DNA of 64,000 nt, from positions 9,610,001 to 9,674,000 of the forward strand of contig NC_042999.1 in assembly GCF_006345805.1 (NCBI RefSeq). Direction: 5' to 3'. Positions 60,379-64,000 of this stretch are shown here, in pieces (positions within the stretch are counted from its first letter, which is position 1; each line of letters opens with the position of its first letter). Under the pieces are notes generated by a model. It did not search any database, was not told where the DNA came from, and was given only the letters and a program-made list of their open reading frames with translations. Source of the stretch: Octopus sinensis. Taxonomy: Eukaryota. The position numbers and the translations under genes are program-made.

Positions 60379-63300
60379 TGAGGGGGAGGAGGAGTGGCAG
60401 TGCTGGTCAGGAAAAACCTGGATTTAGAGATTAGAACTGTCTTTATAGATCCGGAAGGCAGGTTGGTCGTTTTGGATGTGACGCACAGCAGTGGTAAAGT
60501 GTTCAGGCTGGTCGCTGTCTATGCTCCCTGCGAAGGAAAAGCCGGGCAGAAAGAGTATTTCAAAAGCCTAGAGAATTTTCTTGGCACGTCGAACACGTTA
60601 GTATTGCTTGGTGACTTCAACATAATTTGCGATGCAAGCGTAGATTATGTTGGCTCAGAAAGAATACGAGGGGATTACCTCACCTCAACGATATGCTAAG
60701 TCGTTTCGAATTGGCAGATAGATTCAGACTGGACCATCCAGACTTTCCAGAGTGGACCTGGGCAAGAAACGACAGGTCGTCCAGATCTTATATCGATAGA
60801 ATCATAACTAGAAGGAAAGATAAGAAAATACTTAGCTGTCCACACACCATATCGTCAGCTACAGCGATCACAAATTAGTGACCTGTACGCTCGACATAGA
60901 TAGCATGTGTAGACGACGGGTACCGCTACTGGAAGCTAAACAAGTCACTATTGGACTGTGAAGCCTACAGGAATCGGATTAAACAATTAGTAATGAGGGC
61001 GTTACCGGATCCATTATCAACAATAAATGGTGGTACGCCCTGAAAAGAGCCATCAAATTTGAGTCAATTAGGTTTAGCAAAGAACTAGCTAGTGCTAGAA
61101 ACAAAGTAGAAAAGGAACTAGTTAAGGCTAGAGGAGGCAATGAGGTCAGGCTGTGCATCGAAAGTGTTAGCGGCGAGGTTAGCACTCGACCAACATCTCC
61201 AAGCTAAACATGAAGGGTGCATTATTAGGGCTAAGATCCGTGCAATGAGACAGGAAGGGATCAACGCAGCCGGATGGGCCCGGGTGGTAGAGGGCCAGCG
61301 TGGCAACAACTCAACCATTCGATCCTTGACGGGCCCAAATGGTCGATTAGTAAACGAACCCGAGGAGATGTGCAAGGTGTTTCATGATCATTTCGCCCAG
61401 CTATTCGGGAGGAGCGGCGAGCTGGAGCGCGGGGGAAGCTCGCAGACTTCCTAGCCGGTTCGCCGCGTCTATCGGGGCCGGACGCGGAATCTTGTGAGGC
61501 GCCGATCACAGCCAAAGAAGTCGAGGATATGTTGGCAGAATGCGGCGGGGACAAATCGCCGGGACTCGATGGTCTGCCTTACGAACTCTATAGTAGCATG
61601 CCAGACTTGTTTGGGCACCTACTTGCATGCGTGTACACCAACTGGCAGCAGAACGGGAGAATTCCTAAGTCTGTGAGCCGAGGGGTGGTAGCGTGTTAAG
61701 AAAGGACCCAAACAAGGGGGATTTAATTGATAATTTCCGCCTATCACTCTGCTTAACGCAGAGTTGAAGATCTTGGCCAAGGTCTTAGCAAAAAGGTTGG
61801 CGAGGGTCGTGGGTGAACTTGTTGGCGAGGCGCAAACTTGCGCCATCCCTGGAAGGACCATCCACGACAATCTCCACTTTCTACGCTATGCCTTAGAAAG
61901 GGTAAATAGGATTCCTGGCAAGGGTGGGCTATGGTCCACTTGGACCAATCGAAAGCGTTTGATAGGGTGGACCATCAGTATCTGGCGGCGGTCCTCGCGG
62001 CGGCTGGCTTCGGCCCGACCTTCCGCGGATGGATCATCGCTTTATACAGCAACATCGAATCGGTAGTTCGGGTAAATGGTTTCCTTTCGGAGCCGTTCAG
62101 CATTGAATGTTCGGTACGTCAAGGGTGTCCTCTCTCCCCGCTTCTCTACGTTTTGGCCCTCGAGCCGTTGCTGAGGAGGTTGGAAACTATGAGAGGCACC
62201 CCGCAAGATCTAGGGTGGGGAAAGTCAGCTTCGGCGTATGCGGACGACATCACCGTCATCGTTTCCCGAGTCGAGCACCTACAGTGGGTGGGTGAGGCCT
62301 TAAGGGACTACGAAGCGGTGGCAGGAGCGAAAGTCAACCGGGATAAATCGGTCGGCTTGCAACTCGGCACCTGGAGGGGCAAGTCGATGTCTTCCGACAG
62401 CGTCGTAGGACGTTGGACGGAAGGACCGGTGAAAATGCTTGGGATCTGGTTAGGTCCAGATCTCCAGATAGAGAAGAATTGGAGCGAGGTGGCGAGAAAG
62501 GTGGCTCTCCTAACTCAGACATGGTCTGAACGGAATCTGTCCTTGAAAGGAAGGCGGAGGTTGCAGAAGTGTTTATCGCCTCTGTAATCACTTACCGCCT
62601 AACCGTAGTGCCTTGCCCCGATTCGTGGCTGAACAAACTGGAACGCATGCTCTTTCGCTTTTTGTGGAGGGGCAGCAGACCTCTGTAAGGCGCTCTATTT
62701 GCTGCCAAAAGCCGCTGAACGGTGGGTTAGGGATGCCGTGGCTAAAAATGCGCAGACATGCGCTCAGGCTTAGGCACCTCTGGATTTACCTGGACGGTGA
62801 GCAGGTGTGGTCTCCGTTTGTCAAGCTGTTATTTCCACAGTTCACATCGTTTAACGAACTGAACCCATGGATCAAGTGTAGACCGAGGTTGGGCATGTGG
62901 CATGCAGAGTGCTATCAGGCACTCGTGCTTCTCTCCCAGTCGGGCAACGCCGGTGGCGGGGCTACTACCGCGTTCTTCTATAGAGGGTTAGTAGAGTTTA
63001 AGTGTGACGACGTCCTAGGAGAAACTCTGGGCTTCGACGAAAATCAACTGGCCAGCCTGTTCCAAAGAACATTCGGTCCGGGGCCTATGGATAATTACCA
63101 AAAGTCCCTGGCCTGGCAATGTTACAGAGGAGCTTTACCGGTTCGAGATAAGCTCTTTAGACATGGGTGTGCACCTTCGCCGGTTTGTGCAAGATGTAAG
63201 AGGGACAGTGAAACTGTCCTGCACGCGATTGTGCAATGCCCCAAGGTGACTGAACTCTGGACTTATGTCGAACACCTGCTGTCGCATTCGAGAAGAGTAC

Positions 63301-63808
63301 AACTGTCGAGCGAATCTGTAATTAAGATAGTTCCGCCGACCTTCCTGAATAGGGAGGAGCGAGCCTGTTTTCTTTCGGTAGTTGCTATGGCGAAAGAAGT
63401 AGTGTGAAACGAGGAGAAAGTAAAAGGAATTGCAACAGGCATGTTTATCTCCAGTCTCGAGCTAATCGACTTTTTCGTTTTCCACATGAAACGGAAAATA
63501 AGGCTGGAGAAGAAATGCCTGTCGCAAAGTGTGTTTCGTAAAAGATGGAAGTCTATAGCAAGTATGTTGCGAGTGAAAGAACCTATTTAATCGAGAATGT
63601 AAAAAAGGATAAAGCAAAGTCTTCAGTGTGAGTATGTGGTTTGTGGGGTCGACCGCGTCCTCCGCTTCATTTTTTGTTAATCACTCATTCTCATTTAATT
63701 GTATATATATTAATTGTTTGTTTATTCATGTTTCGTCTCATTCGATACCCTGACCCCAACGTTTGTTTTGTCCCCTCTTTTTCTCAACCTTATGGTGAAT
63801 AAAGAAAT
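60379..63808 (+). mobile_element. Tx1/L1-clade LINE, near-complete ORF2 (APE endonuclease, RT, CCHC) with multiple frameshifts, 5'-truncated
   Basis: GGVAVL...GRLVVLDV..VYAP, VLLGDFN (APE); KSPGLDGLPYELY, NFRPITLLNAELKILAKVLAKRL, LDQSKAFDRVDH, SVRQGCPLSPLLYVLALEP, AYADDIT (RT); CARCKRDSETVLHAIVQC; 3' end ttgtcccctct...aataaagaaata. Confidence 0.95.
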
Positions 63809-63902
63809 ACTCTCTTTCTTTCTCTCTCTCCCTCTCTCTCTTTCCCTCTCTCTTTTCCTCTCTCTCTCTTTCTTTCTCTCTCTCTTTCTTTCTCTCTCTT
63901 TT

Positions 63903-63933
<31 letters not shown>

Positions 63934-63948
63934 TTCCCTCTCTCTCTC

Positions 63949-63988
<40 letters not shown>
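63809..63988. repeat. (TC)n-based polypyrimidine tract
   Basis: Direct inspection. Same composition as 59556-60378. Confidence 0.97.
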
Positions 63989-63990
<2 letters not shown>

Positions 63991-64000
63991 GTGTCTTCCC

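Noticed and set aside
60379-63590. Tx1 as an intact, active element
   Set aside because: ORF2 is broken into many frames, and ORF1 and the 5' end are absent.

Overview
This is an AT-rich eukaryotic window dominated by repeats. The SINE repertoire and microsatellite load suggest an octopus-like cephalopod, but that is inference only. I recognise no host protein-coding gene, rRNA, genuine tRNA or CRISPR array, and most listed ORFs are microsatellite or antisense artefacts. The real coding remnants all belong to mobile elements: Tx1/L1-clade LINEs (24.8-25.8, 36.6-37.6 and 60.4-63.8 kb), CR1 LINEs (33.2-35.2 and 52.1-52.7 kb), two R4/Dong-type restriction-like-endonuclease (REL) LINE families, RTE fragments, a Penelope-like GIY-YIG remnant, a Tc1 and a mariner remnant. 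Non-coding mobile elements include a non-autonomous Helitron, several MITEs and about 35 copies of three tRNA-derived SINE groups (A, B and C here). Three patterns stand out. (1) Different LINE families sit in different microsatellites, even at their 5'-truncated junctions: one R4-type family in (CATA)n, a Dong-type family and a non-coding element in (TAA)n, and Tx1 copies in (TATC)n or (TC)n. (2) Two LINE-SINE tail partnerships are visible within the window (SINE A with CR1, SINE B with Tx1), and SINE B forms a dimer whose Tx1 tail is internal. (3) Three hammerhead-ribozyme-like motifs occur, one in a Penelope-like element with a tRNA-like head. All alignments were made by eye and coordinates are approximate (about +/-10-20 nt).
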